A stretch of 64,000 nucleotides of DNA from a virus (lineage: Duplodnaviria; Caudoviricetes): the IMG/VR virus record IMGVR_UViG_3300037047_000246; one strand, given 5' to 3'. Below are positions 55,221-64,000 of the stretch, piece after piece. The first letter of the stretch is position 1, and the number at the start of each line of letters is the position of its first letter. The position numbers were made by a program, and so were the translations under genes. Below the pieces are notes generated by a model. It was not told the origin of the DNA. It made no database searches and saw only the letters and a list, made by a program, of their open reading frames with translations.

Positions 55221-56271
55221 CGTCGTGCACGCCGTTTTCCCTGATGCCTGCAGCAGTGACTCTAACGAATCGAGCTCGCCGCTGCAGCTCTTTGATGTTG
55301 GCAGCCCCAACATACCCCATGCCGGACCGCAGGCCTCCAACCAGCTGATGCAGAACCGCTGACAACGGGCCTACGTACGGCACTTTGGCCTCCACGCCTT
55401 CAGGCACAAGCTTGTCTGCCGACACGCCAGATTGCCCATAACGATCTTTGGACCCTCGCTCCATGGCGCCGACAGATCCCATGCCTCGGTACACCTTCCA
55501 GCGCCGGTCCATAAGCTCGCCAGGCGCCTCGTCAGTGCCAGCCAGAAGAGAGCCGATCATGACTGCATCGGCGCCGGCGGCAAGAGCTTTGACGATGTCT
55601 CCAGAATTCCTGATTCCGCCGTCTGCCACGATGGAGACGTCGTGTTTGTCAGCTTCCTCGGCGCAGTCTGCCACAGCGGTGAACTGAGGCATGCCGCAGC
55701 CAGACACTAGACGGGTGGTGCAAATCGTGCCTGGCCCCTGGCCAATTTTGACGATGTCTGCGCCAGACTCCACCAAGGCTCTCACAGCAACGGCGGTCGA
55801 CACATTTCCAGCCATGATCTTCATCTTCGGGTACTTTGCCTTGATGTCGCTCACTGCTCGAAGAACGTTGACGGAGTGACCGTGCGCCGAATCTACAACT
55901 GCAAGGTTGACGAACCGTTCGCATTCGCCCAGGCGCTGTTCCCAGTCCCGAACCCCAACCGCCACAGCGGCTGTGGGGAAATGCGTTGAACCTTTGGCCG
56001 CATGCGCCCCAAGCGCCTTCCTTGCTTTCCTGATTTCGGCCGCTTGCTCGGCGGGGCTCAGGTTCTTGTGCACCACGCCGCACCCGCCCGCTCTGGCCAT
56101 GGCCGCCGCCATGGCTGCCTCGGTCACAGTGTCCATTGCGGCGCTTAGAATGGGAATTGCAAGTTTGAGTCCGGACAAGCTGGTGCCGCAGTCAACATCT
56201 GCTGGCACAACGCTGCTCAGCTGCGGGATCAAGAGCACATCGTCAAAGGTGAGGCATTCGCGAAGTTCCAT
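55213..56271 (-). CDS. guaB: IMP dehydrogenase lacking the CBS subdomain
   Basis: [35 protein letters not shown] (catalytic Cys), ADGGI, YRGMGS, PEGVE. Confidence 0.93.
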   Translation of the reverse strand: MELRECLTFDDVLLIPQLSSVVPADVDCGTSLSGLKLAIPILSAAMDTVTEAAMAAAMARAGGCGVVHKNLSPAEQAAEIRKARKALGAHAAKGSTHFPTAAVAVGVRDWEQRLGECERFVNLAVVDSAHGHSVNVLRAVSDIKAKYPKMKIMAGNVSTAVAVRALVESGADIVKIGQGPGTICTTRLVSGCGMPQFTAVADCAEEADKHDVSIVADGGIRNSGDIVKALAAGADAVMIGSLLAGTDEAPGELMDRRWKVYRGMGSVGAMERGSKDRYGQSGVSADKLVPEGVEAKVPYVGPLSAVLHQLVGGLRSGMGYVGAANIKELQRRARFVRVTAAGIRENGVHDVS

Positions 56272-56340
56272 GGCACACCTTACCGTTGGCGTTTCTGGCG
56301 CGCCACCTCGCGCAAACAAATCTTACATAGAATTCTAGGC

Positions 56341-56384
56341 TTGCCGTCTATGTCGTTTGGAGGTACCAAACCATGGACACGGCA
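56341..56384. terminator. long intergenic hairpin upstream of guaB
   Basis: TTGCCGT/ACGGCAA and GTTTGG/CCAAAC arms. Confidence 0.4.
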
Positions 56385-56431
56385 AAGTTTACTAACCCCA
56401 GCGTCTGTCGAGAGCTGGTCTCATAGGAAAA

Positions 56432-56662
56432 CTATTCCTCCATCGTCCATTCCACAGCGGCGTGCGGGCAGATGTCATCGCGCGTCACTGGCGACGCCAT
56501 GTCAAACCTTCGGCCACACTTCTTGCACACGAACTCGTCACTTGAAAAGTCGCAGTCGCACTCGTGTCCGACGCCAGCCAAATCGAGCACGCGCCACACA
56601 CGCTCATCCTCTTTGGCCTGAATTGCCACGAATCCCGCCAATTTCTTGCACTCAACAGCCAT
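56432..56662 (-). CDS. small zinc-finger protein (tag VEWTMEE)
   Basis: HECDC...CKKCG...C. Confidence 0.65.
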   Translation of the reverse strand: MAVECKKLAGFVAIQAKEDERVWRVLDLAGVGHECDCDFSSDEFVCKKCGRRFDMASPVTRDDICPHAAVEWTMEE

Positions 56663-56689
56663 AACGCCTCCGAGTACCAGCGCCCATCG

Positions 56690-56905
56690 TCAACGCCGCT
56701 TGAAGGTCTCCGAAACTTCTTCAGCTTCTTGAATGCTGTCCGCAAATGCTTGCCATCCGTCCTCGCAGGGGCAGCGCCGATGCATGCCTCTAGTTTGGGC
56801 CAACCAAGCCTCGCAAGAGCTTAGATTGGAAGGGTGGGCGTGGAAAGCTTCGGAGGCTTTGCCCCTCGCCTCCAGCTCAATACTGAGTTCGGTTTTTGCT
56901 CCCAT
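56690..56905 (-). CDS. hypothetical protein
   Basis: 71-aa ORF. Confidence 0.55.
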   Translation of the reverse strand: MGAKTELSIELEARGKASEAFHAHPSNLSSCEAWLAQTRGMHRRCPCEDGWQAFADSIQEAEEVSETFKRR

Positions 56906-56914
56906 GATGGAAGC

Positions 56915-57499
56915 TTACAGCAGCTCCGGATGCGCCGCAATGAGTCTGAACAGCGCCGAATGCGTGAACGGATGCGAGATTCGACCGTCCAAGCACATTT
57001 GCACAGCTTCGGAGAGGGGCACCAGTACAACCTCTATCTCTTCGCCAACATCCGGGTTTGCGGCTCCACCGGACTTCGCTGCTGAAGCGCAGAGCGCAGC
57101 CATCATACGAACCGAGTTGGTGTTGATCGCCGGATTGGCAAAAGCAGAACCTAAGGACTCCCATTTTGCAGATGCATATCCGGTTTCCTCAGACAGCTCC
57201 CTGGGGCCTGCCTGCTCTGGCGTCTCCCCATCGTCGATTGTTCCTCCAGGAAGCTCCAACACAAACCGTTGCACGCCGTGGCGCCACTGGCGCACTAGCA
57301 CAAGCTGCCTTTGCTCTGTCACGGCAGCAACATGCACCCAGTCAGGATACTGCAGCACAGTGAACTCTTTTTGGTATCCTGTGGCTTGTGATCTGGCCAA
57401 TCGACCAATCACTGACACAACGCTGTTGGCGAACCTAACGCAGTCACCAAGGCTGTCCCAGGGAGGCAGCGCTGCAGTCAGAGCTTCTTTGACATTCAT
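56915..57499 (-). CDS. Nudix hydrolase (ADP-ribose pyrophosphatase-like)
   Basis: Nudix box G-TIDDG-E-TPEQAGP-RELSEETG. Confidence 0.9.
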   Translation of the reverse strand: MNVKEALTAALPPWDSLGDCVRFANSVVSVIGRLARSQATGYQKEFTVLQYPDWVHVAAVTEQRQLVLVRQWRHGVQRFVLELPGGTIDDGETPEQAGPRELSEETGYASAKWESLGSAFANPAINTNSVRMMAALCASAAKSGGAANPDVGEEIEVVLVPLSEAVQMCLDGRISHPFTHSALFRLIAAHPELL

Positions 57500-57548
57500 T
57501 CCAAACTAGAAGAACAAAGGCCCATGGCCGAGCAGGTCGACAGCTTCT

Positions 57549-60500
57549 CTACGCTTTCAGCAGCGCAATTTCTGCCTGGAGCTGCCGGACCAAGTCGGAC
57601 AGCTCCTGCACGGCCCGCACCGTGACGGCCAGCACGTGCTCCGGCTTGTACGTCCAGTCTTCTTCCCGCTCCGAGTCCACATACCCGATGTCGAGCCCGC
57701 ACGACTCGACCGCCGTCTTGACCTCGTCGGCGATGAACCCGGCCTGCGTCCTCTTGTTGTGCGTCTGCATCATCTCTTCGCGGTCGCGCCACTGGTAGAA
57801 CACCGGCCGGAGCGCGCGCACGACCTGCAGCGACAGCGCGCCCGGGATAGGTGCGATGTCGGTCTTGAGCACGCGGGACGACCACGCGGTGATGGTCTGG
57901 GCGCGCAGATGGTAGGCGGTGCCGCCGTTGTCGCCGCCGATCCAAAACTCGCCCGACGGGGGAGCGGCGGTCGGCTGGCTGGGCGATATCTGCCCCGAGT
58001 TGGCGTTCGTCGTCACGACGCTCCGACCGATCGCGATCTGGTTGTCCGCAGTGGCCGCCGCGTCCGCACCCAGGCCGATGCACACGTTGCAGACGCCGCT
58101 CGTCACGCTGTCGCCCGCCTGGTATCCCACGGCCACGTTGCCGCCAGCCGTAACGGAGGTCAGCGCCATGTAGCCGACCGCCACGTTGCCGTAGACGCTG
58201 GCCGCGCTGGCCGCGCCGGTCTCGGCGCCGATGTAGACGTTCTCGCGGCAGAAGGTGGACTGGCCGTACCCAGCACGATGGCCGACCGCCACGTTGTTGT
58301 CGCAGTTGGTGTCGTTCGCGGTGACGCGAAGGTTGTACAGCGCGCTGGGCCCCACCGCCACATTGCGTCTGGCGGTGGCGGCCGTAAGCCCGGAAGCGGC
58401 CATGGAGTACAGCGCGCCGTTGCCTATCGCGATGCAGTCCTGCGTGTTGTCGTTTGCGTTGTACAGCGTCTCGGTCCCGATGGCAATCATGCCGGAGACG
58501 ACGACCGCGCTAGACAGCGCCGACATGCCCACGACCACGTTGTTCACGCCGCCCTCGATAGCCACGCCGGCATGGCTGCCGATCGCGATGTTGTAGCCGT
58601 CGCAATCGTACGACAGCGCCTGCAGGCCGATCGCGATGGACGAAGGCGCCCCGGCTGTGGCGAACATAGCCCGGTAGCCGATGGCGATGGAGTAGCTCGC
58701 CTCCTCTACCACCTGCATGGCGCCCGTGCCGATCGCAATGTTGCTGGTTAGCGCGCCGGTTCTCTCCGCCCCGTAGCCGCACTCCTTGCCGATGAATATG
58801 TTGCTGGAGCCCGTATTGCCAATGCGGTACCCAGCCTGGTACCCGATCGCGATGTCGTACACACTGCTCACGGTGGAACCATCGACCGAGCCGCTTGCCG
58901 CCCCAAACCCGATCGCCACCACATAACTGGGTGTCTTCGTAGCCGCCTCATACCCCACGGCCACCACACCCTCAGCGGCGACTGGCGCGTATCGCATCGC
59001 GCAAAATCCGATGCTCACGTTGCCAGAACCTGATGTGACTGTTCCGGCTGAGAAGCCCCCAACGAACGCATTTCCAGTGCCTACCGTTAGCGATCCTGCT
59101 GCGGCGTTCCCAACGACGACGTTGTGGTTGCCGCTCGTGAGCTCTGCCGCCGACTGGTACCCGATCGCGATGTTCCCAGAGGCCGCGCCAGGCGTGGCGT
59201 TGCCGTACCCGGCTTGTCTGCCCAGGAAGATGTTGTCCGACCCCGCCCCGATCCGGTACCCGGCCTGGTAGCCGATCATCGTCCCGTAGGCCTGCGCGGT
59301 GCTCTTGCCGGCCTCGTGACCTACCGCCACGTTGCCGCTGTACGCGGTCAGCGAGTACAGCGACTGGATCCCGATGGCGATGTTTTGTGCGCCGCTCGTT
59401 ATCGTGTAGGCCGATTCCCGGCCGATGGCGATGTTGTCTACCCCGGTTGAGGCCGCGGTGCTGTACAGGGCCGAGTTGCCGATGGCTACACTGCCGCCCT
59501 CGGCCATATTGAATCCCGCCTGGTAGCCCACGCACACCGATCCGTACCCGGTCGAAATCTTTCCAGCACCGTAGCCGATGAAAACATTGTTGTTGGATCC
59601 GGCGATCGTTCTGCCGGCGTCCTGACCTATCGCGATGTTGCGTCCGCCGGTCGTCAGTGCCCGCAGGGCGGCGTTGCCAATGGAGACGTTGTTGTGGCCG
59701 CTCGTCAGGTTGTAGCCAGAATCGTAGCCGATGAAGACATTCTCGTAACCGCTGGTCACGCTGTACGCCGCCCGGTAGCCCAGTGCAACGTTGCTGTATG
59801 CAGTCTTGGTGACACTGTCCCCTCTCAACGCCTGATACCCGGCGGCGACGTTATAGCTGCCGCCGGGATAGTAACCGGCCTGATACCCGACCCCCACTCC
59901 GCCGCTAGTGGCGGCGTTTCGCCCAGCATCGTGCCCCACGTACGTGTTGTAGCTTTGAGCCACCAGCGAGTAACCGGTCGCCGTGCCGACTAGAACGTTT
60001 CCGGACCCGGACTGAAGCAAGTAGCCGGACTGGTAACCGATGGATACCGCGTAGCTTCCGGTGCACCCGCCGCCGCCCGTGCCTATCATGGTCTCGTGCC
60101 CAATAGCTACGTTGAAACTACCGGCGAAGTAAAAACCAGAACTCTTGCCGAAATATAGACTGTTCGCGGAAGTCGTGTAGTACCCCGCCCGATAACCCAT
60201 CAGAAACGTTTCTGTCGGAGTTGCGCCGCCGCCGCCGCCGGCCTCTTGGCCGATCACCACGTTGCCGCTCTGCGTGGTCAAGCTATAGCCTGACGAATTG
60301 CCGAGCAGAACGTTGTGGGCTCCTGAGGACAAAGAGAACCCAGACCTGTAGCCAATGGCAGTGTTGTTGTTCGACGTGGTAGTGACGTTGTTGCCGTACA
60401 GAGCTTGATACCCGATCGCAACGTTATAATCGCCATCGGGGTAGTAGCTGGCTTGATGCCCGAGACCAATGCCATAACTGGAAGATGATTCGTTTCCCGC

Positions 60501-62000
60501 TCTGTACCCTATGAAGATTGAATTAGCCGACGTTGCGCCATATCCAGTCTCAAGGCCAATGAAGATGTTGCCTGTTTGTGTGCTGACGGAGTATCCTGCC
60601 GAGTTCCCTATGCATACGTTGGAACCGCCGCTGCTGATGCTGTAACCAGCGTAGTATCCTACGCTGATATTGTTGGCCCCATTACCGTTTCCTACGGAGT
60701 GCGCATAACTTCCGATGGCAATATCGTGTGTGGCAGTTGAAGTGTTTTTGCCGGCATCATATCCGATCGCTATGCAGTAAGAGCCGCCATAAGCCGCTGC
60801 GCTTTGTCCAATGCCGACTGTGTAGGCACCGACACAGTTGCTGCAGGCACTGGGCCCGACACCCACCACATAGCTGGCCGCAGCAGTGACTGTGGAGCTG
60901 GTCACTCCAGCATTGTGTCCGACAAACACGCAACTGTTCACGCTGCCGCCAGCGTTGGCCCCATTATTGCCCGCCCCGTTGCCCACACAAACGTTGTTGC
61001 TGCCAGCCAACCCGTAGCTGCAGTTCAGCGCGTAGTATCCGATGGCTACGTTTGTGTTCCCTGTTTTTATGCCGGCTAGAGCATACGAACCGACCGCAAC
61101 GTTTTGGCTACCAGCCCCGCCGGTCGCGTGTCCTTGCAGAGCATACGAACCGACGCTCGTATTCAAGGACCCTGTGTTGATCTGCCCGGCTTGGTGTCCG
61201 ACATATGTGCCGCCACTAGGGTCCGCCACAGTGCTGCCAGCTTGATATCCTATGATCACAGATGACCCAGCAGCCGTGCAGCCCAAACCTGCCTCAAAAC
61301 CAATGATTACTCCAATGCCGCTGGTGACTGCCGTTCCAGCCTTGGAACCAACGAACACATTGTTTGATGCTGTTTGTAGCGCTAACCCTGCACTGTAGCC
61401 AAAGAAAGTGTTGTGAACACCACTGGTGACAGCTGTGCCAGCGCCCACGCCCAATGCCGTGTTGTAGGTACTTGCGCCGAGAGTGTAACCGGTGAGAGAT
61501 GCGCCGCCAGACGCCGCCGTCGTCACCCGCCCGTACGCGTCTACCGTGACGCTCGAGTTGGTGTAGCTGCCGGCCGGGCTCGGGTTGAGCGCCGGCAGCT
61601 GCTGGTCGAGCTGCATGCGGCTCGCACCGATCGTAAAGTACAGGTGGCTCGAGTGGTACTCGAACGCGCCGTCTTCGGCTGCCGTCATGGCCGTGCCGCT
61701 CGTCAGCTTGATTGGTGCCGACCCGGCCGCAGTCGTGTGAGCCGGCAAGTGCAGCCTGGCGGTCGGTTGGGCGTCGTCTCCGACGCGCAGCCTAGCATTT
61801 GCCGTGTCGAACTGCGCCACGACCACACCAGTTGAATTGCGGATGGTGACGCCGTTGATGTCTATGCCATCCACGCTGGGCCGCAAAGACAAGCCGGCCG
61901 CGCTGGACTGCGCGCCAGCGCCGATCAGAAGCACCGTGCTGTTGCCTACCCGGGTGGCGTACTTGGTCGTGGGATCGAATACGAGAGCTTTTTCGGCCAT
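57549..62000 (-). CDS. Tail fibre / adhesin with Gly-rich N(V/T)A(I/V)GxxA repeats and C-terminal peptidase S74 chaperone
   Basis: Dozens of roughly 14-16-aa repeats; WSSRVLKTDI...LRPVFYQW...GFIADEV plus terminal coiled coil. Confidence 0.9.
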   Translation of the reverse strand: MAEKALVFDPTTKYATRVGNSTVLLIGAGAQSSAAGLSLRPSVDGIDINGVTIRNSTGVVVAQFDTANARLRVGDDAQPTARLHLPAHTTAAGSAPIKLTSGTAMTAAEDGAFEYHSSHLYFTIGASRMQLDQQLPALNPSPAGSYTNSSVTVDAYGRVTTAASGGASLTGYTLGASTYNTALGVGAGTAVTSGVHNTFFGYSAGLALQTASNNVFVGSKAGTAVTSGIGVIIGFEAGLGCTAAGSSVIIGYQAGSTVADPSGGTYVGHQAGQINTGSLNTSVGSYALQGHATGGAGSQNVAVGSYALAGIKTGNTNVAIGYYALNCSYGLAGSNNVCVGNGAGNNGANAGGSVNSCVFVGHNAGVTSSTVTAAASYVVGVGPSACSNCVGAYTVGIGQSAAAYGGSYCIAIGYDAGKNTSTATHDIAIGSYAHSVGNGNGANNISVGYYAGYSISSGGSNVCIGNSAGYSVSTQTGNIFIGLETGYGATSANSIFIGYRAGNESSSSYGIGLGHQASYYPDGDYNVAIGYQALYGNNVTTTSNNNTAIGYRSGFSLSSGAHNVLLGNSSGYSLTTQSGNVVIGQEAGGGGGATPTETFLMGYRAGYYTTSANSLYFGKSSGFYFAGSFNVAIGHETMIGTGGGGCTGSYAVSIGYQSGYLLQSGSGNVLVGTATGYSLVAQSYNTYVGHDAGRNAATSGGVGVGYQAGYYPGGSYNVAAGYQALRGDSVTKTAYSNVALGYRAAYSVTSGYENVFIGYDSGYNLTSGHNNVSIGNAALRALTTGGRNIAIGQDAGRTIAGSNNNVFIGYGAGKISTGYGSVCVGYQAGFNMAEGGSVAIGNSALYSTAASTGVDNIAIGRESAYTITSGAQNIAIGIQSLYSLTAYSGNVAVGHEAGKSTAQAYGTMIGYQAGYRIGAGSDNIFLGRQAGYGNATPGAASGNIAIGYQSAAELTSGNHNVVVGNAAAGSLTVGTGNAFVGGFSAGTVTSGSGNVSIGFCAMRYAPVAAEGVVAVGYEAATKTPSYVVAIGFGAASGSVDGSTVSSVYDIAIGYQAGYRIGNTGSSNIFIGKECGYGAERTGALTSNIAIGTGAMQVVEEASYSIAIGYRAMFATAGAPSSIAIGLQALSYDCDGYNIAIGSHAGVAIEGGVNNVVVGMSALSSAVVVSGMIAIGTETLYNANDNTQDCIAIGNGALYSMAASGLTAATARRNVAVGPSALYNLRVTANDTNCDNNVAVGHRAGYGQSTFCRENVYIGAETGAASAASVYGNVAVGYMALTSVTAGGNVAVGYQAGDSVTSGVCNVCIGLGADAAATADNQIAIGRSVVTTNANSGQISPSQPTAAPPSGEFWIGGDNGGTAYHLRAQTITAWSSRVLKTDIAPIPGALSLQVVRALRPVFYQWRDREEMMQTHNKRTQAGFIADEVKTAVESCGLDIGYVDSEREEDWTYKPEHVLAVTVRAVQELSDLVRQLQAEIALLKA

Positions 62001-62037
62001 GCTGCCCTACCTTTACGTCAGCCCGTTCCAGCGAAGG

Positions 62038-63999
62038 CTACGGCAAAATCACTCCAGCCGCTGCTGCCTTGATCTTCAGATAATCGGCCATCTGGGTGCG
62101 TTCGCCAGCCTGCAGTTCTCTGTTGTACTGGTAGACGGCAAACACATCAGCACGCGCTGGGTTAAACCCGTGCCCGCCCGTGCAGAGCGTGAGGCCGCCT
62201 GGATTGAGAGCACCCGCGTCGCCCGTGGCGAACGCTCCGGCGTCTTGCGCCAGCTTGGACGACACGCCGTCGAGCACGTAGTCGATGATGTGCCACGCAC
62301 CGTCCACCAGCGATTTGGTGACTCCCGCCCCTCCAGCCGTCAGCGTCACGTTAGGTCCGCCTCCCGCGCTGGTGAGAAGCGAACCAAAGTTGGCGTCTTT
62401 GCCGTCTATCAGCCGGGCGTAGGTGCCGGTCGAAGTCCATTTGGCGACGATGAAGCCGTGCACCGGCTGGTTCAGCGTAAAGTTGGCGGTCTTCAAGGAG
62501 TCGCTGACGCCGTCGAACCGAAGCACGCCGCCCGTACCCTGCGCGACCCATCCAGGTCGATTGATGTCGGTAGCCTGCTCGATGTGTCTGCCCAGTCCGG
62601 TGTTGTCGGTCGCTCGCGAAGCCGAGATGCACTCGACCGTCACGTCGTCCACCCACACCGACCGGCCAGCCGCCATGTTGAGACAGCGGAACTGGAGCTG
62701 GGTGTCGCCCGCCTGCGTGACCACGTCGAAGTATTGCCAGTCGGTGGATGCCGTGCCGATCCACTTCTGCGCGCCCATGTAAATGTCCATATAGGCGTTG
62801 CCATCGCCCCTGCACCAGCCCCGCACGCGGTACCACAGGCCTGTCGTAAGAACGTTCTGGTAGATCCCCCCATTGCCCGACACCCAGTCCTGTCGAATCG
62901 ACTGGGTGCCGCTGTGCTTGATGGACGTGTCTTTGACCGGAGTCGTGGTGGCGTACGAGGTCCAGGCTCCGACACCAGCCGTCTCCATGTTGCCGTCCAC
63001 CAGCGCGGGCACCGGGCCGGGTAGAACGACGTTGTTGACGCTGCTGCCCTCCCAGCCTATGACGAGACCGGGCAGCATGCTGGGCGTCCACAGATCGGAC
63101 CGCACATCCACTGGCCGCGCCGGCTGCAGGTAAACCAGCGGGGTGGCGGAAGCCGTTTTGGCCGTGCCGACGAACGTGACGAACCCGTATGGAGGGGCCG
63201 CGTGGCTGACCTTGCCGGCCGTATCGGCCAGGTACAGCGCGGACCCTTGGGTGGCGGTACCGGTTTCCATGTTGCACGTCGCCACGCCGGTCATCGCAAC
63301 CGCGTTGGTCGCCACCTTGACCCCCACCACCACGGCCTCTTCGGCCGTCCCGTCGGCTTGAGACTTCGCCATGTTGTCGCTGCTGTCGATGTACACGACG
63401 TCGCCCACCGCGACAGTGCCGGTCTCGCCTGACGTGGGGACGGGAACGGCCGAGTGCGTGTGCAGCTGGGCGGCGTCGGAAGTCACGCCAGCCGTCAGCG
63501 TGCCAAGGTTGGCTGCCGTCACGTTCGCGCTGACGGCAGCGCTTTGGATCTGGAATCTGGCAGAGGCGTTGTTCGGCAGATTGATGTTGGCCGCCCCAGA
63601 AGCGCCGAGCAACCCTCCCGGCACCGACAGCGACCAGGTGTTGGTCGCGCCCAGCGCTATGCTGGAAGTGCCTGAGTTGCCAATCAAGATCAACCCACTT
63701 GTACCGCCCCCGCCTGCCGCCCCAGCCGCCAAGGTCAGGTTGCCGCCGTTGCCAGTCGAAGCCGTGCCGGCCGCGATGGCCACGTTGCCGCCCGCGGTCG
63801 CGCCGGAGCCGCCGGTGATCTGCACCGCGCCGCCGGTCGACCCGCCTCCGCCCAGCAAACTGACCGCTCCGCCAGCCGCGTTTTCGGATTCGGCCGTCTG
63901 GCCGGCCAGCGTTATGCTCCACTGGCTGTCGCCGTCGGCAAAGCCGAACGTGGTATGCGCCCCATGCAGAGCGCTCGGATTGGTGGCGTACCAAACGCT
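62038..63999 (-). CDS. Virion/tail protein with carbohydrate-binding (CBM-like) and ConA/LamG-like modules, 5'-truncated
   Basis: Frame open to the window end; Gly/Ala/Thr repeats, LVDGNMET...VDDVTV, FDGVSDSL...HIIDY. Confidence 0.75.
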   Translation of the reverse strand, partial: SVWYATNPSALHGAHTTFGFADGDSQWSITLAGQTAESENAAGGAVSLLGGGGSTGGAVQITGGSGATAGGNVAIAAGTASTGNGGNLTLAAGAAGGGGTSGLILIGNSGTSSIALGATNTWSLSVPGGLLGASGAANINLPNNASARFQIQSAAVSANVTAANLGTLTAGVTSDAAQLHTHSAVPVPTSGETGTVAVGDVVYIDSSDNMAKSQADGTAEEAVVVGVKVATNAVAMTGVATCNMETGTATQGSALYLADTAGKVSHAAPPYGFVTFVGTAKTASATPLVYLQPARPVDVRSDLWTPSMLPGLVIGWEGSSVNNVVLPGPVPALVDGNMETAGVGAWTSYATTTPVKDTSIKHSGTQSIRQDWVSGNGGIYQNVLTTGLWYRVRGWCRGDGNAYMDIYMGAQKWIGTASTDWQYFDVVTQAGDTQLQFRCLNMAAGRSVWVDDVTVECISASRATDNTGLGRHIEQATDINRPGWVAQGTGGVLRFDGVSDSLKTANFTLNQPVHGFIVAKWTSTGTYARLIDGKDANFGSLLTSAGGGPNVTLTAGGAGVTKSLVDGAWHIIDYVLDGVSSKLAQDAGAFATGDAGALNPGGLTLCTGGHGFNPARADVFAVYQYNRELQAGERTQMADYLKIKAAAAGVILP

Positions 64000-64000
64000 G

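Noticed and set aside
3296-63994. Long ORF-track entries antisense or out of frame to real genes (e.g. 3296-4216+, 14604-15467+, 27551-28858+, 30906-32240+, 57636-58751+, 61804-63024+, 62351-63994-)
   Set aside because: Shadow frames of GC-rich coding sequence with no recognisable motifs, overlapping well-supported genes.
1-64000. rRNA, integrase or transposase/IS elements
   Set aside because: No rRNA-like sequence, tyrosine/serine recombinase motif, DDE transposase or terminal inverted repeats were recognised.

Overview
This window looks like a 64 kb slice of a GC-rich jumbo or large dsDNA bacteriophage genome; the host cannot be identified from the sequence. The left half (1-36 kb) is a replication, recombination and nucleotide-metabolism region. 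It holds an intein-containing DnaB-like helicase (5'-truncated), a stand-alone primase zinc finger, DnaJ, a family A DNA polymerase, a sigma-like factor, a nitrilase, MazG-like and HD hydrolases, a half SbcC, RecA, RuvC, a likely SSB, an endolysin, Dam, a dCMP deaminase, a GHKL ATPase and two free-standing Hef-like endonuclease genes. From 36 to 57 kb there is a dense array of small accessory ORFs plus three tRNAs (CAT, probably Ile2; Gln-TTG; Leu-CAG), a SET-domain protein, a 5'(3')-nucleotidase, IMPDH and a Nudix hydrolase. From 57.5 to 64 kb are tail-fibre or virion genes. The most notable observations are: (1) 21 otherwise mostly unrelated small proteins end in the same heptapeptide pattern [VIM]-x-x-[VIT]-[MHQ]-x-x-stop with variable codons, suggesting an undescribed C-terminal tagging or docking system; (2) a 1,144-bp segment (39173-40316) is inverted and splits a NADAR gene that rejoins exactly in frame when flipped; (3) a Hef-like endonuclease gene sits antisense inside the 5' end of ruvC, and the first six ruvC codons occur twice with every codon after ATG synonymously recoded; (4) a second class of ORFs shares an N-terminal RIAARVA-like motif; (5) a YGTA(A/T)N box lies about 7 nt upstream of many start codons, a tRNA and a candidate 115-nt structured RNA. 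All family assignments come from motif recognition by eye; no database search was run.
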